Source: an uncultured Chthoniobacterales bacterium
Lineage (GTDB): Bacteria; Verrucomicrobiota; Verrucomicrobiia; Chthoniobacterales; JAFAMB01
Length of the DNA: 43,343 nt
Assembly (NCBI GenBank): GCA_964252355.1
Contig: CAXUNV010000002.1
Span: 1-43,343 of the forward strand
Direction: 5' to 3'
How positions within the stretch are numbered: position 1 is the stretch's first letter; every line of letters begins with the position of its first letter. The position numbers and the translations under genes are program-made. The notes beneath the pieces are model-generated. The model worked only from the letters and a program-made list of their open reading frames with translations. It had not been told where the DNA came from and ran no database searches. This document shows positions 33,991-42,880 of the stretch, one piece after another.

Positions 33991-34372
33991 CTAACCACCG
34001 CACGCTCGACGCGCGCCCGAGTCACGCAGGTCCCTCTTTACACCGTGACGCTTGGATTCGTTTTTACCCATCGCCCTCATCATGGCTGCGGACCGCAGTT
34101 CTGCATGCCTCTGCCGGTCGCTTGCAACTTCTGAGCTAGCCCTGGACCGGTGCCCTCGCCCTGATTGCGCTGAGGGTTGCCCCGCTTCGACGACGTCAGC
34201 CGCGTTGAAGTGGGGTCGCTGCAGGGCGGCAACGGCGTTGGCCGCTGTCTGCAAGCCGCACTTCGAGCCGTGGGCGTCGGTGAAGATTTGACTCTCGAAA
34301 GCTGCAAATCTCTCGTCAACCCACCCAGGTAAATGGCCGGCGCTTGATCCGGCGAGACAACCTGGTGCTCAT
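33991..34372 (-). pseudogene. frameshifted ORF translationally coupled to the RES toxin gene (function unknown)
   Basis: ATG 34372 overlaps the RES TGA (ATGA). The 18-aa ORF MSTRLSRRIKRRPFTWVG* stops in a GGGTGGG run. A 1-nt shift joins it to ..VDERFAAFESQIFTDAHGSKCGLQTAANAVAALQRPHFNAADVVEAG.., whose third codon positions are G/C-rich by eye before the signal decays. Confidence 0.3.
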
Positions 34373-34968
34373 ATCCCGGCTACCTCGTAGCGGTCCAAAA
34401 GTCGGTAAAAGTCGGGGTGGTCCGGCAGCGGTTGTTTTTCCACCACCGTCAACCGCGGCTCCGCGTCGCGGTCCCCAAAGAGGGCGAAGTTGACCTTGGC
34501 GGGGTTGTGGCGCGCAGGGTAGGCCAGCCCTCGGGGCGCTTCCGGGTGGCGCATGAAAGCCAGCGCCCATCGGCGCGTCAGCGCGTAGTCGGTCGACGCG
34601 CACAGGTTGGCGTCGGTGCCGGCGCGGCTCAAACCCTCATCCGTCAGGTTGACCACCACAAAAGGCGCGCTCGCCTCCAGTTCACACGCCTCGTAGCCGT
34701 CCAGGTCCCGCAGGTTCACCGCCCGGGGAACCCCGGGGTTCTCGATCCAGCGATCCCCGAACACTTCGATCAACGCGGCCTCAAAGTCCTCGCCGGCGTA
34801 ACACACACCCCAAGGAGCCGCGGGATCGTCGAAGCGGTACCGGCCCTGGCGAGACCAGTGGACCGGGTCCGGGTACTTGCGGTGCGAGATCCGCACCAGC
34901 CTCCGCAGGCTTTGGGTGAGATACAGCGGTCGCCGGTGAAGGTTGAACGGCGGCTCAGTAAGCGCCAT
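34369..34968 (-). CDS. RES-domain toxin (RES-Xre type II TA system)
   Basis: SRQGRYRFDD..WGVCYAGEDFEAALIEVF...GLAYPARHNPAKVNFALFGD fits the RES-domain layout. ATG 34968 overlaps the antitoxin gene end by 14 nt. Confidence 0.7.
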   Translation of the reverse strand: MALTEPPFNLHRRPLYLTQSLRRLVRISHRKYPDPVHWSRQGRYRFDDPAAPWGVCYAGEDFEAALIEVFGDRWIENPGVPRAVNLRDLDGYEACELEASAPFVVVNLTDEGLSRAGTDANLCASTDYALTRRWALAFMRHPEAPRGLAYPARHNPAKVNFALFGDRDAEPRLTVVEKQPLPDHPDFYRLLDRYEVAGI

Positions 34969-35491
34969 GGCGGTCGTGGCGTTCGGCCGCCGCAAGGGCT
35001 TCCGGGAGTTGCCCGACGCGCAGCAGGTCCAATGGCCGGCGGCCCTGCAGCGACTGACGCGGGCTTAAGAAAAAGAGCATGGCCCCGAAGCCCGCGTCGG
35101 TCGGCAGCGCGGCCAAGCACTCCCGAATGCCCGGCAGCACCCCGCGCTCGTGGAACTGCCAGACTGGGTAGCGCCACTTGCCAGCGCTCGTGCGCCAAGC
35201 CACCAACGCCTGTTCGCGACGCTGATAATCCACCGACTGCCGTTTGCTTAAGCCGAGCAGGTCGGCCGCCTGCTCAGACGACAGCGAGCCGCCTTCGGCC
35301 TGCTCGAGTTGCTTGCGGGCCAGGACGCCGCGAGCTAGGACGCGCGCCTTGGCAGCCTGTTCCTCCGAGGCTTGCGGGGGGGCAAAACTGTCGATGACGG
35401 AACGCAGGAACTGGTCAAGGGCCACCCCCTCTGGACGAAACGCCTCCAAGGCCTCATGGGCGCGATGTACGGCCTGTTCGACGTTGGTCAC
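34955..35491 (-). CDS. Xre/MbcA/ParS-like antitoxin (HTH plus DUF2384)
   Basis: HTH-like LSSEQAADLLGLSKRQSVDYQRRE and the C-terminal DUF2384 pattern FFLSPRQSLQGRRPLDLLRVGQLPEALAAAERHDRHGAY. The start is uncertain: GTG 35491 was chosen, and the track ORF begins at an ATT codon at 35665. Confidence 0.6.
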   Translation of the reverse strand: MTNVEQAVHRAHEALEAFRPEGVALDQFLRSVIDSFAPPQASEEQAAKARVLARGVLARKQLEQAEGGSLSSEQAADLLGLSKRQSVDYQRREQALVAWRTSAGKWRYPVWQFHERGVLPGIRECLAALPTDAGFGAMLFFLSPRQSLQGRRPLDLLRVGQLPEALAAAERHDRHGAY

Positions 35492-35709
35492 AGCAAAAGG
35501 GTAAAGCAAAAGCGCAAAGCGTGCAACGATCTCCGAAAAGGCCACCGCTGCTTGATCGATCACGCTGCGTCTTAAAACCTGGAACGAAGGCCCAGAACCT
35601 CCCTTGCACCGCACAGGCGCAGGGCTGGGAACGCTTCGGAGGACTCGGCCACCGCAGGAAAGCAATGATGCTTACATATCGACAGACGAGTCGCCTGACG
35701 GCTGCCGCG

Positions 35710-37017
35710 TCAGTCGTAGCGCAGGGCTTTGACCGGATCGAGACGGGCGGCGAAGTACGCCGGGATGAGGGCCGCGACCGAGCAGATGACGAACCCGCTG
35801 ACGCAAATAATCACCACATCGTGGGGCACGATTTCGGCAGGGATCTCGCTGAACTGGTAAACCGCGGCCGGGAACGGATCGATGTGGAGCGTGGCTGACA
35901 GGAAGTCGCGCACCGCGTTGCGGTATTGTACTAGGGCGATGCCCGCGCCCAAGCCAAGCAGGGTGCCGAAGAAGCCGACGATCATGCCTTGGGCCAAGAA
36001 GATCCAAAGGATCTGGCGCACCCGCGCCCCAAGGGCCTTCATGACGCCGATTTCCCGCGTCTTCTGCACGGTCGTGGTGATGAGCGTGCTCATAATGCCG
36101 AACGCGGCGACCACCACGACGAAGCTCAGCACGAAGAACATTGTGGTCCGCTCCGTCCGGATCGCGTCGAAGAGTTGTTGGTTGTCGTCGATCCAAGTCG
36201 CCGCGACCACGTTTGGCGGCAGGAGAGGTTCAAGCCGCTTTTTGATCCCGTCGACGGCGAACGGGTCGGTCGTCCTCACCTCAAGGGCGTGGATGGCGTC
36301 GCCCAAGCTGTAGGCCTCCTGACCGATGTGCAACGGCACCACGATGTAGTCGGAGTCGTAGGCGTACCGCCCGGAGTTGAAGATGCCCGTGATGGTGAGT
36401 TCCTGCGGCAACAGGAGGTCGTGCACGCGGTCCAACAAACCTTTGTTGTCTTTCGAGTCCTCCGCCTGCTTGAGGAGGTCCATCACCTCTTTGAGGTGCG
36501 GCGAGTAGAGCGTGACGGTGTCGCCGACCGTGGCGTTGAGTAATGCGGCCAGCTCTGATCCGATGACGCAGGAGTCGCCGTCCAAGTCGAACTTGCCGGC
36601 CACGAGGTATTTTTCAAAATCGGTCACCTTCTTCTGCTGCTCAGGCTCGATCCCCAGAATCCACGGGGTGAGCCGCCGGTTTTGGAATTCGGCGATGACC
36701 CGGCCCTGCATGACGGGCGCGGCGGCAACCACCCCGGGCGTCGCTTCGACCTTCTTGAGGAGCGGCCGCCAATCGGTGAGCAGGCCGCCATCGGTGCGGA
36801 GGAGGATCTCCGATTGGAACCCGATGACCTTGCGTTGCAGTTCGCGCTCGAACCCGGTCATCACCGAAATGACGATGATGAGCACGGCGACCCCAAGCAC
36901 CACGCCGAAGACGGAGATGAGGGTGATGAGCGACAAGAACGTCCGTTTTGGGCGCAGGTAACGCCAAGCGACGAAGGTGGTGAAGGGGAGGGCGGGACTT
37001 TTTACAGAGACGGACAC
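35710..37017 (-). CDS. LolC/LolE-family lipoprotein-releasing ABC transporter permease
   Basis: FTTFVAWRYLRPKRTFLSLITLISVFGVVLGVAVLIIVISVMTGF, an FtsX C-terminal module and the ending ..AARLDPVKALRYD. GTG 37017 gives 435 aa, the typical size; the 531-aa track ORF adds a non-homologous extension. Confidence 0.8.
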   Translation of the reverse strand: MSVSVKSPALPFTTFVAWRYLRPKRTFLSLITLISVFGVVLGVAVLIIVISVMTGFERELQRKVIGFQSEILLRTDGGLLTDWRPLLKKVEATPGVVAAAPVMQGRVIAEFQNRRLTPWILGIEPEQQKKVTDFEKYLVAGKFDLDGDSCVIGSELAALLNATVGDTVTLYSPHLKEVMDLLKQAEDSKDNKGLLDRVHDLLLPQELTITGIFNSGRYAYDSDYIVVPLHIGQEAYSLGDAIHALEVRTTDPFAVDGIKKRLEPLLPPNVVAATWIDDNQQLFDAIRTERTTMFFVLSFVVVVAAFGIMSTLITTTVQKTREIGVMKALGARVRQILWIFLAQGMIVGFFGTLLGLGAGIALVQYRNAVRDFLSATLHIDPFPAAVYQFSEIPAEIVPHDVVIICVSGFVICSVAALIPAYFAARLDPVKALRYD

Positions 37018-37579
37018 GGGGGAAGGATTGGGCCAATGACAGGAATTGCAACCCCGGCAGCAATGGGAAAGTGGGGATGAAAGTCGTTGCCCGGGAAGGG
37101 CCCGTTCGGTGGTCACCTGAACCCGGTTACGGGCACCCGGCCTGAAGCTGAGGTGCCACCGCGCGGATGGCGCGGCGACTTCCAGACCGAAGCGACGCCC
37201 CTGCGCCGACGCAGGTTCCGCCATCCCGGGCCTCGCCGCCGCGTACCGCCGTTCCCAGGTCTGCACCAGAACCTGCGCGCCGGCAGATCTCACGATCGGG
37301 CGCAACGTACTCGCCGTTGATCACGATCGACCGTCGGTTCCCACTCCCCCAAAAGAGCCGTTTCTCGAGGATCTTTTGGAGCGACGCAGAACGGCCATTT
37401 TGGGCGATAGCAGCACGACCGGCTTACGGCAGGTTGAAGCACCGCAAGCGATGCCTTTGGCCCTCGCCCTTCCCGAAGGAGGTTACTACCAATTCATTAT
37501 CAATGCAGGAACTAGGACGGCAGCCATCGCGCTTGGCGTTGAAGGCCACAAGCTGTGCGCCGGCTAACGTTAGAAGAAC

Positions 37580-38026
37580 ATGAAGCCACGAATCCTTATC
37601 ATTGCCGCAACCAGCCTCAATCTCACGTGCCTAGCTCTGGCCGACGACTACAGCGACTTAGCCGCACAAGGGTACCGGTGGGTCACCGTGGATGGTCCTT
37701 ATGCCTGCGCCACTAAGCAAGACGCCCGACGAATGGCCGGTCATCATACTGACGCGGCGGAGCTGCAAGTCGTGGCAGACCTCCGGTGCTACTACCTCAT
37801 ACCGGGCGCCATCGCCCAAGTGCTTAACGAGAATCCAATCGACGGTATGTCAGAGATCCGGCTCGGAACCGTCGCGGGTGCATTATGGACACACACGAGG
37901 TTCCTGAGCAAGCAGCCGATCCGGAACACTTTTGGGATCATCGAAACACCAACCTCCTCTGGTCTCCTATCAAAGGCGGACGGTGCTACCCGGTTCGCGT
38001 CCGATAAATCAACACCGGAGTTTTGA
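37580..38026 (+). CDS. secreted hypothetical protein
   Basis: Signal peptide MKPRILIIAATSLNLTCLALA/DD. The region is visibly less GC-rich than its surroundings. I recognise no family. Confidence 0.5.
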   Translation: MKPRILIIAATSLNLTCLALADDYSDLAAQGYRWVTVDGPYACATKQDARRMAGHHTDAAELQVVADLRCYYLIPGAIAQVLNENPIDGMSEIRLGTVAGALWTHTRFLSKQPIRNTFGIIETPTSSGLLSKADGATRFASDKSTPEF

Positions 38027-38072
38027 AGAGCAGACGGATCAAAGCCCGCGGTCAACCCACTACGTTTCTCAG

Positions 38073-38615
38073 ATGAATCTCGCCGACCATGTTACCTGCT
38101 ATCGTCCGTCGTCCCTTTCGTCGGAAGAGATAGGCGAGCCTGGACCCCCGGTGGACCAACTTTACCAGGCGCTCTACCGGTTCGCTCTCTGCTTGACGCG
38201 CGACGCTTGCCAAGCCGCGGATTTGACGCAGCAGGCCTTTTACCTTCGGGCGCTTCGTGGCCATCAACTGCGGGACGGCCAGAAGGTCAAGGGGTGGCTC
38301 CGCACGACGCTTTACCGCGAGTTTTTGCGCGACGTCCGGCGAAAGACGCAACTGATTGAAGTGGAGTTCCAGGAGAGCTTTGCCAGCATGCCCACCGCCG
38401 AGCCGGAAGGGCCGAGCGCCGCTGACGGGGCCGCCGCCGTGCAAGCCCTCGATGCCGTCAGCGAGCCCTTCCGCACGGCGCTCCGGCTGTTCTACCTGGA
38501 AAACCTGTCGTACGAGGAGATCGCCCGCGCCTTGGGCATCCCGGTGGGCACCGTGATGTCGCGGCTCTTCCGCGGTCGCGAGGAGTTGCGGGCGCGGTTT
38601 CACGGCGAGCTGTAG
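38073..38615 (+). CDS. ECF-type RNA polymerase sigma-70 family factor
   Basis: Region 2 (LYQALYRFALCLTRDACQAADLTQQAF) and region 4 HTH (LRLFYLENLSYEEIARALGIPVGTVMSRLFRGREEL). The start is ATG 38073. Confidence 0.8.
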   Translation: MNLADHVTCYRPSSLSSEEIGEPGPPVDQLYQALYRFALCLTRDACQAADLTQQAFYLRALRGHQLRDGQKVKGWLRTTLYREFLRDVRRKTQLIEVEFQESFASMPTAEPEGPSAADGAAAVQALDAVSEPFRTALRLFYLENLSYEEIARALGIPVGTVMSRLFRGREELRARFHGEL

Positions 38616-38709
38616 AGCGCTCGGCGGGTGCCTTGTGCGGCCCGGTCTACCGTCTCCGACGAACTCAGGGTTTGACGGAAGCGCGCGTGTGCCTTGAGCG
38701 TTTTCCATT

Positions 38710-40140
38710 ATGCATGATGCGGTGGTCGTTGGTTCCGGTCCGAATGGGTTGGCTGCGGCCATCACCCTCGCTCGTGCTGGCTGCTCGGTGCTTGTTTTGG
38801 AGGCCAATCCCACGCTGGGCGGCGGGGTGCGCTCGGCGGAGTTGACGTTGCCGGGTTTCCTGCACGATCGCTGCTCAGCCGTTTACCCACTCGCGTTGGC
38901 GTCACCCTTTTTCCGCGCCCTCTTCCTAGAGCGTTTCGGCCTGAGGTGGATCCAGCCGGAAATTCCTCTCGCCCATCCGCTCGACATCGGGACCGCGGCG
39001 TCGCTTTATCACTCCGTTGAGCAGACCGCGACGGCGCTAAGCACTGATGGCAATGCGTACTGTCGCTTTATGCGGCCGTTGGTGCGCCACTGGGAAAGTC
39101 TCGCCTCTGAGTTTCTGCAGCCGATGCTGCACCTCCCGCGGCGCCCTTTTGCCCTGGCCAACTTTGGCGTTCGGGCGATCTGGCCCGCCAGCGCGCTCGC
39201 GAAGGTACTTTTCAGGCATGAGCGCGCTCGCGCACTCTTTGCCGGGATTGCCGCCCATTCTTTTCTCCCGCTGGAAGCGGCGGCGTCGGCCGCGTTTGGG
39301 ATGGTTTTGGGGATGGCGGCGCATGCGGTGGGGTGGCCGGTAGCCCAAGGCGGGGCACAAACCATTACCGATGCTCTGGCTCGTTATTTGCGAGACCTTG
39401 GCGGCAAGATTGAGACCGGCGTGCGGGTACGTCACCTCCGCGAGGTTCCGGCTGCCCGGGCCATTCTGCTCGACCTGACGCCTTGGCAATTGCTCGAAAT
39501 CGGGGACGGTTGCCTTCCGGCCCGCTACCGGCGGCGGCTGCAACGTTTCCGACATGCCCCGGGCATCTTCAAGGTCGACTACGCCCTGGATGGGCCTGCG
39601 CCTTGGACCGCCGATGACTGCCGGCGTGCGGGCACGCTGCATTTGGGCGGCACGCTCGAGGAAGTCGCGTTGGCCGAACGTCAAGTGGCGGCGGGACACG
39701 CTCCAGAACGTCCTTTCGTGCTGGTTGCGCAGCCCAGCCTTTGGGATTCGACCCGGGCGCCCGCGGGCAAGCACACGCTTTGGGCCTACTGCCACGTGCC
39801 GTATGGCTCGACGCTGGACATGACGGCGAGGCTTGAACGGCAGATCGAGCGGTTTGCTCCCGGTTTTCGCCGCCGCATTCTGTCCCGTCACACGATGGGC
39901 CCGTCTGATTTGCAGGCCTCGAACGCCAACCTGATCGGCGGCGACATCAGCGGTGGTGCTAACGATTTCCGGCAATTGCTTGCGCGTCCCGTTCTGAGCT
40001 GGGCGCCGTATCGCACACCGCTGCGCGGCGTGTATTTGTGCTCGTCGTCCACGCCGCCGGGAGGCGGCGTGCACGGCATGTGCGGTTTCGGCGCGGCGCG
40101 GGCAGCGCGGGCCGCGGTTTTGGGCGGCGGAAAAATCTGA
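38710..40140 (+). CDS. NAD(P)/FAD-dependent oxidoreductase, phytoene-desaturase (CrtI-like) family
   Basis: N-terminal dinucleotide fold DAVVVGSGPNGLAAAITLARAGCSVLVLEANPTLGGG and the C-terminal GGDISGG..YLCSSSTPPGGGVHGMCG motif, typical of COG1233-type flavoproteins. Confidence 0.8.
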   Translation: MHDAVVVGSGPNGLAAAITLARAGCSVLVLEANPTLGGGVRSAELTLPGFLHDRCSAVYPLALASPFFRALFLERFGLRWIQPEIPLAHPLDIGTAASLYHSVEQTATALSTDGNAYCRFMRPLVRHWESLASEFLQPMLHLPRRPFALANFGVRAIWPASALAKVLFRHERARALFAGIAAHSFLPLEAAASAAFGMVLGMAAHAVGWPVAQGGAQTITDALARYLRDLGGKIETGVRVRHLREVPAARAILLDLTPWQLLEIGDGCLPARYRRRLQRFRHAPGIFKVDYALDGPAPWTADDCRRAGTLHLGGTLEEVALAERQVAAGHAPERPFVLVAQPSLWDSTRAPAGKHTLWAYCHVPYGSTLDMTARLERQIERFAPGFRRRILSRHTMGPSDLQASNANLIGGDISGGANDFRQLLARPVLSWAPYRTPLRGVYLCSSSTPPGGGVHGMCGFGAARAARAAVLGGGKI

Positions 40141-40148
40141 AAAGGTCC

Positions 40149-40181
40149 GCACGCGACGTTAGAGATATAACGTCGGGGTGC
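40149..40181 (+). other. stem-loop immediately 3' of the oxidoreductase gene
   Basis: An 8-bp stem cgacgtta/taacgtcg (40154-40161 / 40168-40175) with a 6-nt loop, extended by gcac/gtgc. There is no U-tract, so a terminator function is unproven. Confidence 0.3.
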
Positions 40182-40589
40182 GAACCCCTTCCGGAGCCGC
40201 GAAGCCCCGCGGGCGGGCTTCCAGGGCTGACTACCTTGCCTCGGCTCCGCGGCTCCACGGTTCCAAACAGGCTCTCACCAAGTTAAGTGCATAAGTGTAT
40301 CAGCCACGCTTGGAGGGGAAAGACTCCGACTGCGCCGTTTACCACCCAACGGGCATCTCCCGCTCCCTCAGAAGGGCCATTTCCCGATGACGCTTCGGAG
40401 GCGCACGATAAGGCCCTGTTAGGCGATAGCAAGATCGCCCAGTGACCGTAGGCTATGCATCGGAAATGCGGAGGTCTTCCGAGCTTGCGACCACAGCGGT
40501 CACGCCGATGGCGTAGAGCTGTTCGGCGACCGGAGGCGTCGCCCCATCCTAGGAAATCAAGCAACCAAAACTCAAGCCTCTCAACTACC

Positions 40590-41180
40590 ATGAAAAGCTC
40601 CGATGCTCACAAACTTGGTCTCACTCCAGGAGACATCTCCGCTACCGGCGGAATACCGGTGTCGATCTTTAACAACGTTATGAGCCTGTTTACAAAGACG
40701 TTGGTTAGATTCGGCCTGCTCAAAAAGGACCTTGACTACCACTTGGTTCGTGCCTCGATGGTGATCATTTACTTCTTTTTTGGGTACCAGAAATGGTTTG
40801 ATTATGAGGCACAAGGGTTAATTCCGTTTATCAGCAATGGTCCGCTGATCTCTTGGATGTACCCGGTTTTCGGCATTCGGGGCGCCAGTTGGTTTCTGGG
40901 GGTCTCGGAGTGGTTGTTTGGCGCGCTTTTGTTCTTGGGGTTCTGGAACAAAAAGCTAGGCATCCTTGGGGCGGCCGGCTCTTGCCTCACCTTTATCATG
41001 ACCATCACGATTATTCCGTTCATGCCGGATGGCTGGGCGGCGTCTGCCGGAGGCTTCCCGGCGATGACGGGCAACGTGCCCTTCCTGATGAAGGATGTCG
41101 TTCTCCTTGCTGCCTCCTTTTACTTACTCGAACAAGATTCAACGAGAGAGCGACTGGCCAATGATCCGGCCATGACGTAG
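40590..41180 (+). CDS. DUF417 family inner-membrane protein (YkgB/RclC-like)
   Basis: 196 aa. It aligns by eye with E. coli RclC (..IYFFFGYQKWFDYEAQGLIPFISNGPLISWMY.., ..GFPAMTGNVPFLMKDVVLLAAS..). Confidence 0.7.
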   Translation: MKSSDAHKLGLTPGDISATGGIPVSIFNNVMSLFTKTLVRFGLLKKDLDYHLVRASMVIIYFFFGYQKWFDYEAQGLIPFISNGPLISWMYPVFGIRGASWFLGVSEWLFGALLFLGFWNKKLGILGAAGSCLTFIMTITIIPFMPDGWAASAGGFPAMTGNVPFLMKDVVLLAASFYLLEQDSTRERLANDPAMT

Positions 41181-41208
41181 TTCGGCTGCCTAACAGCTAA
41201 CGATTTCG

Positions 41209-42648
41209 ATGCATTCCATGAAAAACGACTTTTTATCCGACGTTACTGAAGAGACCGAACCCGAACAGTATGACGTGATCATCCTGGGCAGCGGCGCGGG
41301 ATCAAAACTTGCCGCCTGGACCCTTGCTGGTCAGGGACGGCGGGTTGCGGTGATCGAGCGCAAATACATCGGCGGCTCCTGCCCCAACATTGCCTGTCTG
41401 CCGAGCAAGAATGTTGTTCATAGCGCGAAGGTTGTCTCCTACTTCCGACGGCGAAAGGAGTTTGGTATCAACACGGACGGGTTCACCGTTGATATGATCG
41501 GCGTACGTGATCGCAAACGGAGAATGGTCGCAAACGAGATTGACGCACATTTGAACAACTATCGGAAGAGTGGAGCGGAACTCATCCTGGGATCGGGGCG
41601 GTTCATTGGCCCCAAGACTTTGCAAGCCACCTTGCCCGACGGAACAACCCGGCGACTACGCGGAGCTAATGTGATCATCGGAACCGGTACACACGCCGCG
41701 ATGGAACCGATTCCTGGGCTGGCTGACGCCCGACCGCTCACCCACATCGAGGCACTCGAACTCGACGAAATCCCTGGGCACCTACTGGTCATCGGCGGCG
41801 GTTACGTCGGGTTAGAACTCGCGCAGGCTATGCGCCGATTCGGCAGCGGAGTATCGGTGATCGATCGTAATGACCGGCTGTTGCACCACGAAGACGACGA
41901 TGTGACGGACGCTCTCCGCAATCTCTTCGACGACGAGGGGATTAACGTGATCCTGAATGCTCGGATCAAGGAGATTTCAGGAAGGTCCGGGAAGGCCGTG
42001 AGAATTTCTATCGAGCAGAATGGAGCGGAGAAAATCTTGGACGGGACCCACCTGCTGGTGGCCACGGGCCGCATTCCAAACACCGAGGGCATTGGACTGG
42101 AGCTGGCCGGCGTCGAAACGACCGATCGTGGATACGTCAAAGTCAACGAGCGGTTGGAGACGACCGCACTCGGTGTTTATGCGGTCGGCGAGGTAGCCGG
42201 TAGCCCGCACTTTACCCATATAAGCGCGGACGACTTTCGGGTGGTCCTCTCTAGTCTCAACGCAGGTAAGCGGGTAACGACAGGCAGGCAAGTCCCATTC
42301 TGCGTCTTTACCGATCCGGAATTGGCTCGCGTCGGGCTAAGCGAAAAGGAAGCGAAAGCGCGAAGCGTCCCTTACCGCTTGTTCAAGATTCCCATGGAGG
42401 CAGTATTGCGCACTCACACAACCTCCGAAACACGAGGATTCCTCAAGGCGCTAGTGGAGCCTGACGGCGAGCGCATCCTTGGTTTCACCGCCTTCGGTGC
42501 CGAGGCCGGCGAGATCATGGGTTCGGTTCAGATCGCCATGATGGCCGGACTGCCCTACATCGCCTTGCGTGACGCGGTCCTGGCTCACCCGACCCTGGTG
42601 GAGGGGCTTGGTCCGTTATTCTCCTCCGCACAAACCGGAACTCATTAA
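41209..42648 (+). CDS. pyridine nucleotide-disulfide oxidoreductase (RclA / mercuric-reductase-like)
   Basis: YDVIILGSGAGSKLAA, the redox CxxxxC GGSCPNIAC, GHLLVIGGGYVGLELA, HFTHISADDFRVV, and the C-terminal GLPYIALRDAVLAHPTLVEGLGPLFS, which closely parallels E. coli RclA (GLPYSILRDQIFTHPSMSESLNDLFS). Confidence 0.8.
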   Translation: MHSMKNDFLSDVTEETEPEQYDVIILGSGAGSKLAAWTLAGQGRRVAVIERKYIGGSCPNIACLPSKNVVHSAKVVSYFRRRKEFGINTDGFTVDMIGVRDRKRRMVANEIDAHLNNYRKSGAELILGSGRFIGPKTLQATLPDGTTRRLRGANVIIGTGTHAAMEPIPGLADARPLTHIEALELDEIPGHLLVIGGGYVGLELAQAMRRFGSGVSVIDRNDRLLHHEDDDVTDALRNLFDDEGINVILNARIKEISGRSGKAVRISIEQNGAEKILDGTHLLVATGRIPNTEGIGLELAGVETTDRGYVKVNERLETTALGVYAVGEVAGSPHFTHISADDFRVVLSSLNAGKRVTTGRQVPFCVFTDPELARVGLSEKEAKARSVPYRLFKIPMEAVLRTHTTSETRGFLKALVEPDGERILGFTAFGAEAGEIMGSVQIAMMAGLPYIALRDAVLAHPTLVEGLGPLFSSAQTGTH

Positions 42649-42880
42649 CGCACTAGATGAATACCTTGTCTTCCTGCGGAGTTTCCGAGGAGTGCCGTAG
42701 GATAGGCGTCTCCGGCTTGTCGGCATCCGCGCGACCCGCCTTCGCCCATTCGGCCGACGTTTGACGCGTATCGGACCCGTTCATGGCCACTTCGGTGAAG
42801 GGCGCCCGAATCGCCGAGCATCGACTGACCTGAAACAGTGGTGGGGAGCTATCGCGATGACGTAAAACAAAGGAGAAATT

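Noticed and set aside
35492-35665. 58-codon N-terminal extension of the Xre-type antitoxin ORF.
   Set aside because: The track ORF begins at an ATT codon, and the extension (..GGRVLRSVPSPAPVRCKGGSG..) is low-complexity. A shorter product starting at GTG 35491 fits the usual antitoxin size, though the start remains unproven.
37018-37305. 96-codon N-terminal extension of the LolC/E ORF.
   Set aside because: Lol permease homology begins at ..PFTTFVAWRYLRPKR. The extension is Arg/Ala/Pro-rich with no TM segment or signal sequence. GTG 37017 yields the canonical ~435-aa length.
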